Source: Vicugna vicugna | Lineage: Eukaryota | NCBI GenBank assembly: GCA_013265495.1 | Contig: MU058433.1 | Span: 124,001 to 154,948, forward strand | Length of the DNA stretch: 30,948 nt | Direction: 5' to 3' | Part shown: piece by piece, positions 1-11,386 of the stretch | Layout of the letters: each line of letters starts with the position of its first letter | Position numbering within the stretch: position 1 is the stretch's first letter | Notes under the pieces: generated by a model | What the model was told of the DNA's origin: nothing | Database searches by the model: none | The model's input: the letters and a program-made list of their open reading frames with translations, nothing else | Position numbers and translations under genes: made by a program

Positions 1-240
1 CTCCTTTCCCACTGAATTGGCTTTACACCTTCATCATGTCTCAGTTGATCATATGTATGTGAGTCTATTTCTGGACTCTCTTCTTTTCCATTCATCTACT
101 TGTCTATCTTTGCATCAATATTGTATATATTGATTACTGTGGCTTCATAATAAGTCTTGAAATAAGTTAGTATAAGTTTTCTAACTTTTGGTTCATTTTC
201 AAATTTGCTTTGTCTCTTCTGTCTTTTGTATTCCTATGTG
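1..240 (-). mobile_element. Old LINE-1 (L1M-type) ORF2-region fragment, antisense
   Basis: T-rich text such as 'gttgatcatatgtatgtgagtctatttctggactctc' and 'ttgattactgtggcttcataataagtcttgaaat' matches recalled antisense L1 ORF2 sequence. Confidence 0.7.
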
Positions 241-569
241 GTGCTGTGCCTTGGTTGACCTCATTGTGATCTCCCTCCTTATGGCCTTTTATTCATTCAT
301 CTATCCTAAATTTTCTGAATGAGTACTGGCATCCAAGAAGACAAAATGGAAGTTACAAGGTCCAATACCCTGAATTTCACACATCACTTCAAACCTATTC
401 TGTTGGTCAAAGCAAGACAAAAGTCCACCTCATATTCAGGGTGCTGGAGAACAGACTACACCTCATGTATGGGGGATGCCATGTCTGTACAGCAGACGGA
501 AGAATGATTGGCAGCCATTTTTGCAGGTACTCAGCCACATGTGATACACAATCAGATTGACAAAGTTCA

Positions 570-1085
570 AAAGCTTGACAACATACTCTGCTGGCAAAAT
601 TATGAGAAAAAAGGCACTCATATTTTGCTAGTAGCAATCAAAAATGGTGCAGTCACTGTGGAGGGAATCTTCAATAACCAATAAAACTATAAATGCATGT
701 ACTCTTTGACCAAGGTAATTGCACTGCTAGTAACTAACCATGAGACTTATTAGCAGAGCTATCCAACTGAAGAAGAGAGAGAGAGAAAAAAAAAGACAGA
801 GAGAGAGAGATTCTCCATACTGATGAAACCGTATCAAAATATCTAACATATGTGTGGTTGGGAACATAAAATGAAATGAGAGAGAGAATGAGACAGAAAA
901 AAACTTTTGACAATAATAATTACTGAAATTTTCCAAATTAGGCACAAATCATAAATTTAGAGATTCAAAAAGCTCAGTGAACCTGAAAGAGGATAAAAAC
1001 AAAAAAAAAGTATGCCTGGCTACATCATACTCATACTGAAAATTAAGGTAAATTGAAAAATCTTAAATGCAGCCAAAGGAGGCAG
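570..1085 (+). mobile_element. Degraded LINE-1 fragments (ORF2 3' piece ~570-735; ORF1/HAL1-like piece ~740-1085)
   Basis: 'aaggcactcatattttgctagtagcaatcaaaaatggtgcagtcactgtgga' resembles the L1ME 3' region. 'taattactgaaattttccaaatt...gattcaaaaagctcagtgaacc...aaaaatcttaaatgcagcc' resembles L1 ORF1 (ENFPN, IQEAQR, KILKAA motifs). Confidence 0.6.
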
Positions 1086-2384
1086 GGGAATGAAATACAA
1101 ATGTCCAAGGTAATCAAAACGCACACCTCTTCTACGAGTTATTCTGCAGGTACATGTCAATTCCCTTTGTTAACAGGTAAGTGTTACTACCTGTGAAATG
1201 TGAAACTTATGAAAACCCAGGGGATGAATGTAACTTCCATGCACTTTTTTTTCAAGAGGAGCCAAATTTTACAAATCATTGCACATGTTTATTATAAGCC
1301 TTCACATTCCTGGTGAAAACATGGTTCACATTCATTAAAATGGAACTGTAGCAAGGCTAGATGAGGTGGAAAAGGCTTTTATATCAGCAGCTTGAGAGAA
1401 ACCAAGAAGAGGAGGATCAGAAGGAAGGGTGGGAGGTGGACAGTGGCTTTAGGGAGTCAGATCCCTTGGAAAGAGGATGAGGCTGTGAGAGACCACTCTG
1501 TCCCTGGAGTCCTGACGCAAGTTCTTCCCTCAAGGGTTCCATAAAGGAGGATAAACAGCCCTACTCCTGACCCCTCACAAGCTGAGCTTTGTGACAGACC
1601 TCCTGTCTGTCTGCTCCTGTAGTCTCAGCCTAAGGCTGGTGAGTGAATCAGACATTTGTGGGTGGGGGTGGTTCCAGAATCAAGGTAAAGACAAGAGCAG
1701 GTGTTATGTCTCAGACAGGCCAGAGGTGTCAGGACTCTTGAAGACTCGATATATGTGGGCAAAGAATGGGAAAGACCAGAGGCACAAATCTGATTGGTTA
1801 TAGCAGCTGTGGAGGGTGAGGTCTGGGAAGGGTGGCTGAGAGCACATGGGCTAGATGGAGGTTACTGAAGGGGATAAATAATGGAATAAACCCAATAAAT
1901 GGCTGGTGATCTAATAATCAGAGGAGAGATGAGAAAACAGAAAACATATTTACTTAGACTACAGGCTCCTCTTGGCAAAACATGAAAGGAGCCCTGAGAA
2001 TGACAGGGGACTACAATCACCTGTCCTGAGCCAGGCATTGGAGGGGGCTTTGGGAGACAACCAGGGATCTTGGCAAATATAACAGGAGCCCATTTTCCTC
2101 CCAGGAAGAAAAATCAGGGGTACCAAGAGGGGGAATTGGAGTAGAAGAAATAATATTAATGAGTATAAGATACATCTTAGCCACTGAGCTAGATATTTTA
2201 AGATAACACTTCCTTTAATATCCTCAGAAAGCCCTTGAAGTAGGCATGTTATTTGGCTCCATTTTTTTATTGGACATGGCTGTCTTCTCAGAAGGTGTCC
2301 TCTGGGCTCATTACACCTGCAACATTTTACTAGCTCTGTCGGCTTACATATCCACCATTCTCTCAAACCATGAACCTAGTAAGG

Positions 2385-2465
2385 ATCCAGTTGCACAGCA
2401 CAATGCCTGAAAAACAGTCACTGCTCAAAATGTGCTTGTTGAATGAATAAGCTAATGAATGAAGA
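2385..2465 (+). mobile_element. L2 LINE 3' end fragment
   Basis: 'gcacagcacaatgcctga...ctcaaaatgtgcttgttgaatgaata' is the typical L2 tail. Confidence 0.55.
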
Positions 2466-2719
2466 AAAGAGTACATTAGGAAGTAAATGACAAAATTACG
2501 TGTTAATTTCTATCAGCTGAAGAATCTTCCAAATATCAAGGACTGCAACCCTGTGCCCTTCAGCAATAATGTCTTCCTTTTTCCAGTTTCAGTTCTTTCT
2601 AAGCTTAGCTCCCCAAGGTGTGAGCATGAAGGATGCCTCTTCTCAGCCACACAAGCCCTGCCTGTTACCTCTCAAAGTTCTCACAACCCCCTTCACAAGA
2701 GAACAAACTGGATGTGGTG

Positions 2720-2940
2720 AAGTCAGATGGTTCCAAACTCATTTTTACCAATTGTTGGTTGGGAAATTTGGCAAGGGATTCATATTCTCTGAGTTTCATT
2801 TTCCTTAGGTGTGAAATAGACATAACAACCACTTCGTCAAGTAGATAATCTACTCCTTAAATGGACAGTATATAACTTGCTGCACGCAATATGCATGCTA
2901 CAGTCCCTGGCATAAGACAATGCTTACTAAATACCAGTTT
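2720..2940 (+). mobile_element. MIR SINE, degraded
   Basis: MIR-core-like 'ttggcaagggattcatattctctgagtttcattttccttaggtgtgaaatag' and tail 'cctggcataagacaatgcttactaaata'. Confidence 0.55.
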
Positions 2941-3682
2941 AATTCTTTTGTGATTATATTACATTCAGATATATTCTCTTCCTGGAGCGTGACTATCCTT
3001 TTAGCATCAAACTCTTCAGTCAATTACTATTCTAATAAACCCCCGCAGGTCATCATTCTACATTAGAGTAATTGTTGTAAACTACTAGCTTCAAGACATC
3101 AGATGGCTACCCTCCATGTAAAAGATGAAATGTAAGTGTTAAGCTGTGATTGGTCAGGAAAATCTGTCCACATAACCCCCTATGCACACTAGGTACATTT
3201 TGCCCTTCGCTGGTGATGTCATGACCTTCCTGGATATTTACCTTGCAGTGATCTCTATATTTGTGTTATGCTGCTTCACTTCTCTTTTCATTCATAATTT
3301 ATTATGAACTCATCATTTTCAAAGTCACGTTCAAGTATCATCATCTTCTTGCACTCTTTCCAGGTATACATCCTGATTTATTCTCTGTAATCATTTTCCT
3401 CTATTTGAAAGTGAAATACATACCATAGCACCTCTTACTTTGACTAGTTGGAGGTAAGTGTAACTGGCTGTACTCACGGGGATGCAGACCCTATCCTTTC
3501 ATCTTTGCACACTTCCCATTAGCTGCATGTCAAAGAAGATGGAGAGTATGCTATGCCCAGAGCTCCCGATATCTTCTCAAAATATACTAGCATAGTACTT
3601 CTTACTAATATATTTAAAAGAATATGTATTTTCCTCTATCTCTGTGAACAGGAAGTGAGGTCCCAGGTCATCTGCTCCAGGT

Positions 3683-4627
3683 ATGACTACCTTAAACCAC
3701 ACTGGTGTTAGCCACACAGTCTTCCGCTTGCTGGGCATCCCCGGCCTTGAGGACCAGCACATGTGGATTTCCATCCTATTCTTCATTTCCTATGTCTCTA
3801 CCCTATTTGGAAACAGTCTGCTCATCTGCATTATCCTCACGAAGCGCAGCCTCCACGAGCCCATGTACCTCTTCCTCTGCATGCTGGCTGGAGCAGACCT
3901 TGTCCTCTCCACGTGCACAGTACCTCAGGCCTTGGCCATCTTCTGGTTCCATGCTGGGGAGATCTCCCTGGATCGCTGCATCACTCAGCTTTTCTTCATC
4001 CATTCCGCCTTCATCTCTGAGTCAGGGATCTTGCTGGTGATGGCGTTTGACAGCTACATTGCCATATGCTACCCACTGAGATACACCACTATTCTTACAC
4101 ACACACTGATTGGAAAAGCTGGTGTGACTATCTTTCTGAGAAGCTATGGCACAATTTTCCCCATAGTATTTATTTTGAAAAGATTGACTTTCTGCCAAAA
4201 TAATATTATTCCACACACCTTTTGTGAGCATATTGGTTTGGCCAAATATACTTGTAATGACATTCGAGTGAACATCTGGTAGGTGTTTTCTATCCTAATG
4301 TTCACAGTGGTTTTAGATGTTATGCTAATTTTTGTTTCCTACGTGCTGTTTCTCCATGCTGTCTTTCACATCCCATCCCAAGATGTGCGTAAGAAGGCTC
4401 TCAACACGTGTGGCTCCCATGTCTGCATCATTACCCTGTTTTATGGGCCTGAAATCTTCACAACCTTTACTCAGAGGTTTGGACGCCATGTTCCACCTCA
4501 TATCCACATCTTGTTGGCTAATGTCTGCATTCTGGCTCCACCTATGCTGAATCCCATCATTTACGGGATCAAAACCAAAGAAATCCGAGAGCAGGTGGCT
4601 CACATGCTGTTTATAAAGCAGAAATAA
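3683..4627 (+). pseudogene. OR52B4: Class I olfactory receptor, OR52B4-like, interrupted by a single in-frame stop (TAG 4280-4282)
   Basis: ORFs 3683-4282 and 4283-4627 are in the same frame and join to 314 codons plus stop. They carry OR motifs LHEPMYLFL, MAFDSYIAICYPLRY, HTFCEH, KALNTCGSH and PPMLNPIIYG. The protein closely resembles recalled human OR52B4, where ...NIW-Y-G-FSIL corresponds to NIW*V-FSIL here. A splice acceptor ('ctctatctctgtgaacag') ends at 3651. Confidence 0.9.
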
Positions 4628-5149
4628 CTGTAGTATGAAATGTGAGTATTCAAAATCTCTAGCTATCTGTGAAGAGATCTTGCAGAAGTGGTGGATGGGA
4701 AGGGTCACAGCTGAAACACTGGGAAATAGCTCAGTGTGTTCTGTCTCTGGAGCAAGTTCACTAGAGAGGTCACAGGACTTACTTTTCCATTGTCAAAGCC
4801 ACCTGAGAGAGCAGTGCCATATTCGAGTGAGCAAGCTACCTCCTGCAAAGACGCTGGAACACTGTGGGTTGATTTTTAGAAGTTGTAAATGACACCAGCA
4901 TGACCTTCAGAATTAGATGAAGTAAGAGCAGTGCTCTGGCCTGGAATTTTGTTTTAGTCCTATAATTGATTCGTTGGTGGTGAAAATCCAGCTCGGTACC
5001 CACTGGAATTTTAATTTTGAATTCTGATTGCTTTCCTGGTCTTTTCCTGAAAACAGAAAAAAATTAGAAGCAACTCACAGGCTTCATAATCTTGTCAGCA
5101 GAGGGCGCCATTTCTAGCCTCAAGAAGCTCTTTTTAAGACCACGAACTT

Positions 5150-5310
5150 TTTTCTCTTTATTTGATTTTTTTATGTTATGTAATTTTTAAAGGTTATACT
5201 CCATTTACAGTTATGGAAAATACTGGCTATATTCCCCATTTGTACCATACATATTTGAGGCTATTTTACACCCGATAGTTTGTGCCTCCCACTCCTGCTT
5301 CCCTATACTG
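5150..5310 (-). mobile_element. Short 5'-truncated LINE-1 3' end, antisense
   Basis: T-tract followed by 'ggttatactccatttacagttat...atactggctatattcccc...gatagtttgtgcctccc', typical of laurasiatherian L1 3' UTRs. Confidence 0.65.
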
Positions 5311-6569
5311 CTCACCTCCCAGGCCGTGTCATCCATACTCTGCATGCACTTCTGCCCTGTCTTGAGATAACCTCCATCAGCTTGTGGAAAACTCTTATTT
5401 CCCTTTTCATACCAATTCTCATCTCGTCTCCTTTGTGATAATTTCTCTAACCACAACTCTTTCTTTTTTAATACTTATTTGATTAAAAATCTGTATTTCT
5501 TTGAGGAAACATTAGAAAAAAGACAACATAAGATGGAACTCATGAACCCATAAACGTACAGCCCTCAGCAGTTTTATCATTAAAAATGTATTTTCTAGAG
5601 CTGCACATTTATATCTATGTGCTTACATATCTATGTCCACCTACATCCGTATTGCTGTATCTGCCTGGAAACTATTATCATATGATACATATATAAGCAT
5701 GAACCATACCACATGTATCACACTACATATATGGCGTGTAACTAACTTTTCCTCACCGTACATTCTTGATGTTGTTTGTTTCCAATATATATAAATTTGT
5801 ATAATCAATTACCATGTCTATACAGTATTTCATTGCAAGGGTCTTTTCCATCATCTCTAAAAGACAAGGATGCCATCTTGTATTCCTGGGGGCTTAGGAC
5901 TGTGCTGGGTCATAATTAGGGATGTGATATCCATAATGGAAAGTTTGGGTGGGCTCAGGGGAATCTCAAGGCACCCTGTGGTGCTCAGAAGTCTCTCAAC
6001 TCTGGGAAGCTGAGACTTTCATTGAAATAGACAGAGGATTTGCACTCATTTGTAAAAGACTTTTGTGATCTGTTTGGCCTAAGGACGATGTTTGGCAGTC
6101 ACTTGATCCTGACTCCGATCCCAGATCCAGTTTTCGTTGTTCGTTTGTTTTTCACATTTCAGCACCCCCTACTCTCCCACCTCCACAGTGCCTCTCCCAA
6201 GCTATGCACCTTTCCAGTTTAGGTGATTCTCATCTTTTCTCCCTCAAGTGAGAAGAGAACAGTTTTTCTTGAATGGATTGCTTTTCAACTGAGATCCTAC
6301 AGGTAAGATACTATATCCTAAATATTTGTTACTCTTGAAAATATTGGAGACCTAATAACAGAGCTCATATTGTCCTCAAATTGGGAGGGGGGCACCTCAT
6401 AGTACATTAATGAACATTAATTATCTTTCTACCAGACATTCTTTCATGCCACTTAGTATTAACAAACTCATACAAGTTTAGAATATTTACATTTATTGTG
6501 GGATATGACTGTATCTTTGCTGTTGAATGTTTTATAAACAATCTAAAAATACAGTTGGCATCTGTGGCT

Positions 6570-7013
6570 CTCACTCATTTCGGAGACCTCAGATTTTCCT
6601 CTTTAGGTAAGTGTGCCATTTGGACCTCCTGAGTACAAAGTGTTCAAAGGGTCTCCTTCACTGACTGGTGGGCTGGAGTTCTGAAAGTCTACACCGTGCT
6701 GCGCTGGCTATATAAGCGAGCAGGACCCTATTACTACTGGTGACCATATGGCATTTGTAACTGCTTAATTGTGCAATAGTTTGAATGGCTTTTCTCATGA
6801 TCTTGCTGACCAGGGTTAGACTGAAGAGGAGAAGGGCTTGGGTGGTCTGCCCAACCCACTGGTGGTGTTGTATGTGGAGATCATGGGCAGTGCCTGTGTT
6901 TCGCTCCCTACACCTCAGAAAAGGCAAGTGGGTGTTTTGTGCATCTTGTTGTTCATAAACTTGCCCTAACATGTCTGCAGCTATTTTTAGCCCCTTGTGC
7001 TTTCTCTGTATTC
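6570..7013 (+). pseudogene. Highly decayed class I (OR51/OR52-type) olfactory receptor relic
   Basis: Frame-broken OR motifs occur in the correct order: 'aggtaagtgtgccatttggacctcctgagtac' (~RYVAIC.PL.Y), 'tactggtgaccatatggcatttgta' (~YC.HMA.V), 'aatagtttgaatggc..atgatcttgctgaccagggttagac' (~NSL.G..ILLT.GLD), 'aagggcttgggtggtctgcccaacccac' (~KALG.C.TH), 'ccccttgtgct' (~PPVL). Confidence 0.55.
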
Positions 7014-7478
7014 TGTTGCTGGAAGTGTAGGTTCCAGCCTGCAGCAAGAAGTCTCAGGCCTAAAATGCTGGAAGTGTTTATCAACCTGACTTTCAACTGC
7101 ACAAGTTTTTCTCTAGAGCACTTTTCCACAGACCTTCTTCCTATGTATCCTTTGCCCTAAGTACAAGAATATTAAGAGAGTCCCTGGAGGTGATCTTCAC
7201 ACCCAGCAGAGGGAAGGGGACCACTACATCTACAAAAATGAGAACAACCTTTGCAACAATTTATTACCCTGTATACAATCCTTATGGAAACTAGCTCTGC
7301 CCCTTGAGCTCTTGAACTTTTACTATAAAACCCCCTGCTTTATCTTCCCAGCAGGCTCACAGTCTTGGAGGCATTAGCTCACTGTGACCTCCTTTGCCTG
7401 CCTTTTCTACTTCATCCAAAACTCTGTCCTCGAATCTCAATTCAGTAAGAGGGCTAAGGATGTCGAGTTCTGGCAACA
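7014..7478 (+). mobile_element. Solo ERV1-type LTR
   Basis: Termini TGTTGC...GCAACA, a TATAAAA box near 7324, and U5-like 'ggctcacagtcttggaggcattagctcactgtgacctcctttgcctg...ccaaaactctgtc'. TSD not clear. Confidence 0.75.
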
Positions 7479-8732
7479 GTTGGCCCTACCAACAGTATCC
7501 TCCGGCCCCTTCCCGTCTGAGTTATTCACTCCCAAAGTACCACTCCATGGTGTCACAAGTGGAGGCCACTGCAGCCCCATGTGGTCCTCCATTAAGCTGG
7601 GGCAGCAATCTCAGTTCGGGGAGCTATCCCAGCCTCCTACTGTCTCCAAACTGCTGTCCTCTCTCCTATGGGAGGATTGGCTCTTAGAAAGAATACAATA
7701 GCATATAGAAACATAAAAATAAATTCCAGTAGAAGGTGTGATGATTTTACACACACCAAAAAACAAGGCAAATGTTGCACAAACAGCGAGTGAAACTGTG
7801 AAGGAAAAGTAGTTCATTAAAGATAATTAAAATATTTTTTAAAATATTACACATTATATAATTAGTTATACACATAAAATTACACAATATACATTAGTTC
7901 TATGCTAATAAGTTTTAGAATCTCTGTGAAGTAATTCTGTGAAAAATAAAAAAGTCTAACATTCAGAAAACAACCAGAGAGCTTCCTAATAAGATAAACA
8001 TTTAAAAATGTACACAGTTATCTTCCACGTGCATAGCGCCTCATGCATGGTGATACTTGTGGAGGTCCAGGCTTCTGAGTCATTTGTGAAGTAGAGGCTC
8101 ATAGACAACACAGCCTTGCTGGACCCTGCTCTCGGAGTGTGGACACTGTCAGGAAATGATGGGAGTTAAGCCAGAGGAATCTGGGAAAGCTGACATTGAA
8201 CTCCTGCACTGGTGTCTCCTGGTGTTTGTCATCATCCTCCAAGTAATTCCTCTCTGCCTGAGTCTGGACATCGTGATATTTTCCCACCTCTTGTGACCTC
8301 TCATCTGTTTACCTAGAGCTCCAAGTACAATACCATGGAATTATATGCAGCTTCTGGATGCACCAAACTCATTTAATCTTCCATCCAGGCCATTTCTGTC
8401 TCCCCAAAGCACAGCTCAGCTTAGAGTGGTGCACCAGAAGAAATCCTGATACCTGAAGATTAGTTTCCAAAAGTGGCATTTTTTTCTCCTTTTAACATCT
8501 TATATGTTAGTAGATGGTTGCTAAGAAAATTACAGAAATGTGGCAAAGTCATAGCAGAGTTGCAACCCCATAAAGAAATGAGATAAAAGAAAATAGAAGG
8601 GGGAAAAAAACAAGGAAACAAAATTAGTGATAAAAAAAATTGGATGTCACATATACAGAACTGACAGACAAGACTAAGATAATATGCACACACAAAGTAA
8701 TGATTAACAAATCTGTCTAATGGTTTACTATC

Positions 8733-8769
8733 TGGAAGGCAGCTATGCTCACCACTAAACCACCAATGC
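8733..8769 (-). pseudogene. Tailless retropseudogene: 5' half of tRNA-Gly(TCC)
   Basis: The reverse complement reads GCATTGGTGGTTTAGTGGTGAGCATAGCTGCCTTCCA, the tRNA-Gly(TCC) 5' half ending just after the anticodon. It is flanked by the perfect 17-bp direct repeat taatggtttactatctg (8718-8734 and 8773-8789), with no poly(A). Confidence 0.88.
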
Positions 8770-9337
8770 CTTTAATGGTTTACTATCTGAGTGACATAAA
8801 TTACCAATATTGAACTAAAGAGGAAAAAACCTAAATAGAAAAGTGACAACTGACTCCTTAGAAGTGGCCAAAGGGAATGTCCAAATATAATGGGTACAGG
8901 TACAGATATTCTTATGAGAAAGTTGTTAAAACTTTAATCATTTTTAAAATTGTTTTTCTGCTTGAGACTTATCCTTGGTCCCCAAGCATGAGTCAGATGA
9001 TGGAAGAGGGCAGATGGGATAACTGAACCTTGAAAAATGGTTTCCAAAAGTGGCACCCTTTCTTATGTAACTAACATGTTCTACAGGGGCATAGGAGACC
9101 AGGACTTCCCTGATGAATATAGCACAGAAAATTAATCCATCAATTTATTTTCCTCATGAAAACAGAGCATACTCTCCATGGAGACACACAGTGCTGGAAT
9201 GATCCTGTGCCCAAAAAGGGTGGTGATATCTGACAGGTTCACGGTTATTCCCCATCAGGTGTGGTTTCAAGGTTACCCCAGTTTCAAAGCAGCCCTTCCT
9301 CTCCAGGGCCCAAAGGGTCCAATTCACCCCTTAAAGT

Positions 9338-9590
9338 CAGTGGTCCTCAACCTCAGCTTCACATAAGAATCATCTGGAAAACCTCCAATTTTCTGTGATA
9401 ATTAATTTTATTGAGGTACATGTTACAGGCAATAACATGCACCCTTTTAGAGTGTAAAGTATGATGAGTTTTGACCAACTTTTACACTCCATAATCAAGA
9501 TTTAGAAAACTTCCGACACTCCAAAAAGTCCCCCAGCTCCTCTGTAGTCAGCTCTTCTCAGTACCCTCCATCCCTCCTCCACTCAACTCC
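9338..9590. mobile_element. MER5-like hAT terminal fragment (~9338-9380) followed by an antisense old L1 3' end (~9400-9590)
   Basis: 'cagtggtcctcaacctcagcttcacataagaatcatctgga' resembles the MER5 end. 'ttttattgaggtacatgttac...atgcacccttttagagtgtaaagtatgatgagttttgac' resembles the L1MB/L1MC 3' UTR. Confidence 0.6.
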
Positions 9591-9757
9591 CATCTCATGG
9601 TGGTGGTGGCGCCGGGTTTGGTGGGGGCAAGTGGGACATTGGACAGAAAGGGATGATTCCAGCTGGTAGACTGACTGAGGGCCTGTGCACCACCGTGAAA
9701 GTGGTAGGAGATGCTCGATGCCTACCTGGCTGGCCTGGGAACCAGAGAGGGTCAAAA

Positions 9758-9944
9758 CAGAGCCTCTCAGCCTCAGCACTACTGGCATCTTGGACAGGTT
9801 ACTTTGTTGTGGGAGCGGCCCTGCACCTTGTAGAAGCGTTAGCAGTAGCTCTGATCTCTGCCCACTAGATGGCAGTAGCATCCCCCGCAACTAAATTTTT
9901 CTCAGCCCACCTCCCCACTCCCGCCCCGCCCTTGAGAACCACGG
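9758..9944 (-). mobile_element. MER20 hAT-Charlie DNA transposon, internally deleted
   Basis: Matches the recalled MER20 reverse complement ('cagagcctctcagcctcagcactactggcatcttgg...ctctgcccactagatggcagtagcatcccc...ttgagaaccacgg'). Imperfect 8-bp TSD ggtcaaaa (9750-9757) / ggttaaag (9945-9952). Confidence 0.8.
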
Positions 9945-10118
9945 GGTTAAAGTATTACTTTCTTCTCTCCAGTGGCCCGAAGGGACTGCAGCCGGTGTGG
10001 CCCAGTTCTCCTTCCCCTTTCCTCTTCCCGCCAGCCCCAAGAATTTTACTTTCACTTCTTATCCAGCTCCTCCCCGGGGAGGGACTGCTTCATGTAGACT
10101 GAGCCCCGCTTGGTGAGT
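9915..10118 (+). promoter_or_regulatory. TRIM34-like promoter and non-coding exon 1 (donor after 10112)
   Basis: GC box ccgccccgccc at 9921-9931 and an IRF/ISRE-like ACTTTCACTTCT at ~10048-10059. The exon-1 end 'gactgagccccgcttg|gtgagt' resembles the TRIM5-type exon-1 ends at 21851 and 29364. Confidence 0.6.
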
Positions 10119-10966
10119 ACATTCTGAGCTTGCCGGCCACTGGCCTTCCTTCACCGTTTGAACCAGGAGTCAAGACTTCTCTGTGGCCTGAAGGTGTGTG
10201 AGGAGGCTCATGGGGGCGCACAGGGTGGGACACTCTGGAGCGCCAGGACTAGGTGGAGTTAGGTGGGTGTCTTTTGTGGCCCAGACTTGCTCTGAAGGGC
10301 AGACAAGCCAGCTTTGCAGACTTCCGGCTCCGAGTGCAGACAGATGACAGCCCCGAGTTTGGGTAAGGGCGCCCTGAGTTTTTCACTCCCGAAAGAAGGG
10401 AGTGTGGAAGAGGCAGAGGGCCTTGTTTCCTTCCTGAAGAAGCCTTTATTCCTCCAGGCTGACTCTCAAGTCCGCCCCCATCTCCTCCCTGCTCTGTGGC
10501 CTTGATTGTCGACGTTGCTGAGAGAAACTGGAACCAGTGCCACCCACCCTCCGCCTCTCTTTCTCTCTCCTTTCTCTCTCTCAAAGGGATGAACAGAACG
10601 TTCCTTCTCTTCTTCCCACCTCACGTCCTCAGAAGAAAAGCAGGTGAAAGAAGTCCCTGTTTTCCAAATGTGTTAAAGCCCCAGGTCCTAATCCGGAGCG
10701 CAGGACTGAATGGCGACTCGGGGGCGTGATCAGGGGCGTGTTGAAGCGGATTCGTTCCCTCCATTTCTGCTTTTTTTCTGTCTTCTTTTTTTGTTCTTCA
10801 ATATTTCAGTCTTAACCAGTCTTTAATGTCTACACAGTTAAAACTTTTTTTTTTTATCTGTGCCATTCTTAGACATCTCTTTTCAATCTGCCCATCCATC
10901 CAGGAATCTTTAAGCAAGAAGAATCTCAGGAATTCTGACAGGAAGAAGCCAGAAAAAGCAGCTGCT

Positions 10967-11386
10967 ATGGCTTTAAAAATGCTGGTGAATTTACAGGAGG
11001 AGGTGACCTGTCCCATCTGCCTGGAGCTTTTTACAGAACCCCTAAGTCTAGGCTGTGGCCACACCTTCTGCCAAACCTGCATCGCTGACAGCAAGGAGGC
11101 AGACACCAGCCCTGGAGGGGAAAGCAGCTGTCCTGTGTGTGGCATCAGGTTCTCCCCTGGAGACCGCTGGCTTAATCAGCATGTGGCCAAGATTGTGGGG
11201 AGACTCAGAGAGGTCAAATTGAGCCCAAAGGAGGGGCAGAAGAAAGATCTCTGTGTGCAACATGAGGAGGAACTCCTGCTCTTCTGTAAGGAGGATAAGA
11301 AGGTCATTTGTCGGCTTTGTGAACAGTCTCAGAAGCACCATGGTCACCACATATTCTTCACGAAGGAGGCAGTCAAGGAATGTCAG
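10967..11386 (+). CDS. TRIM34: TRIM34-like exon 2 coding part (RING + B-box2); exon begins at 10904
   Basis: [20 protein letters not shown]...CGHTFCQTC...CPVC...CVQH...CKED...CRLC...HHGH...KECQ, followed by donor gtagg at 11387. Confidence 0.93.

Noticed and set aside
4280..4285. Stop-codon readthrough rescuing the OR
   Set aside because: TAG-G is not a known leaky context, and nothing in the sequence supports it.
8451..9082. Short diverged direct repeat 'gtttccaaaagtggca' at ~8463 and ~9040
   Set aside because: Only about 16 bp of exact match with weak flanks, and no structure links the two copies.
10826..10966. 47-aa N-terminal extension of TRIM34 in the ORF track
   Set aside because: It starts in intron 1, upstream of the acceptor at 10903; the family start Met is at 10967.
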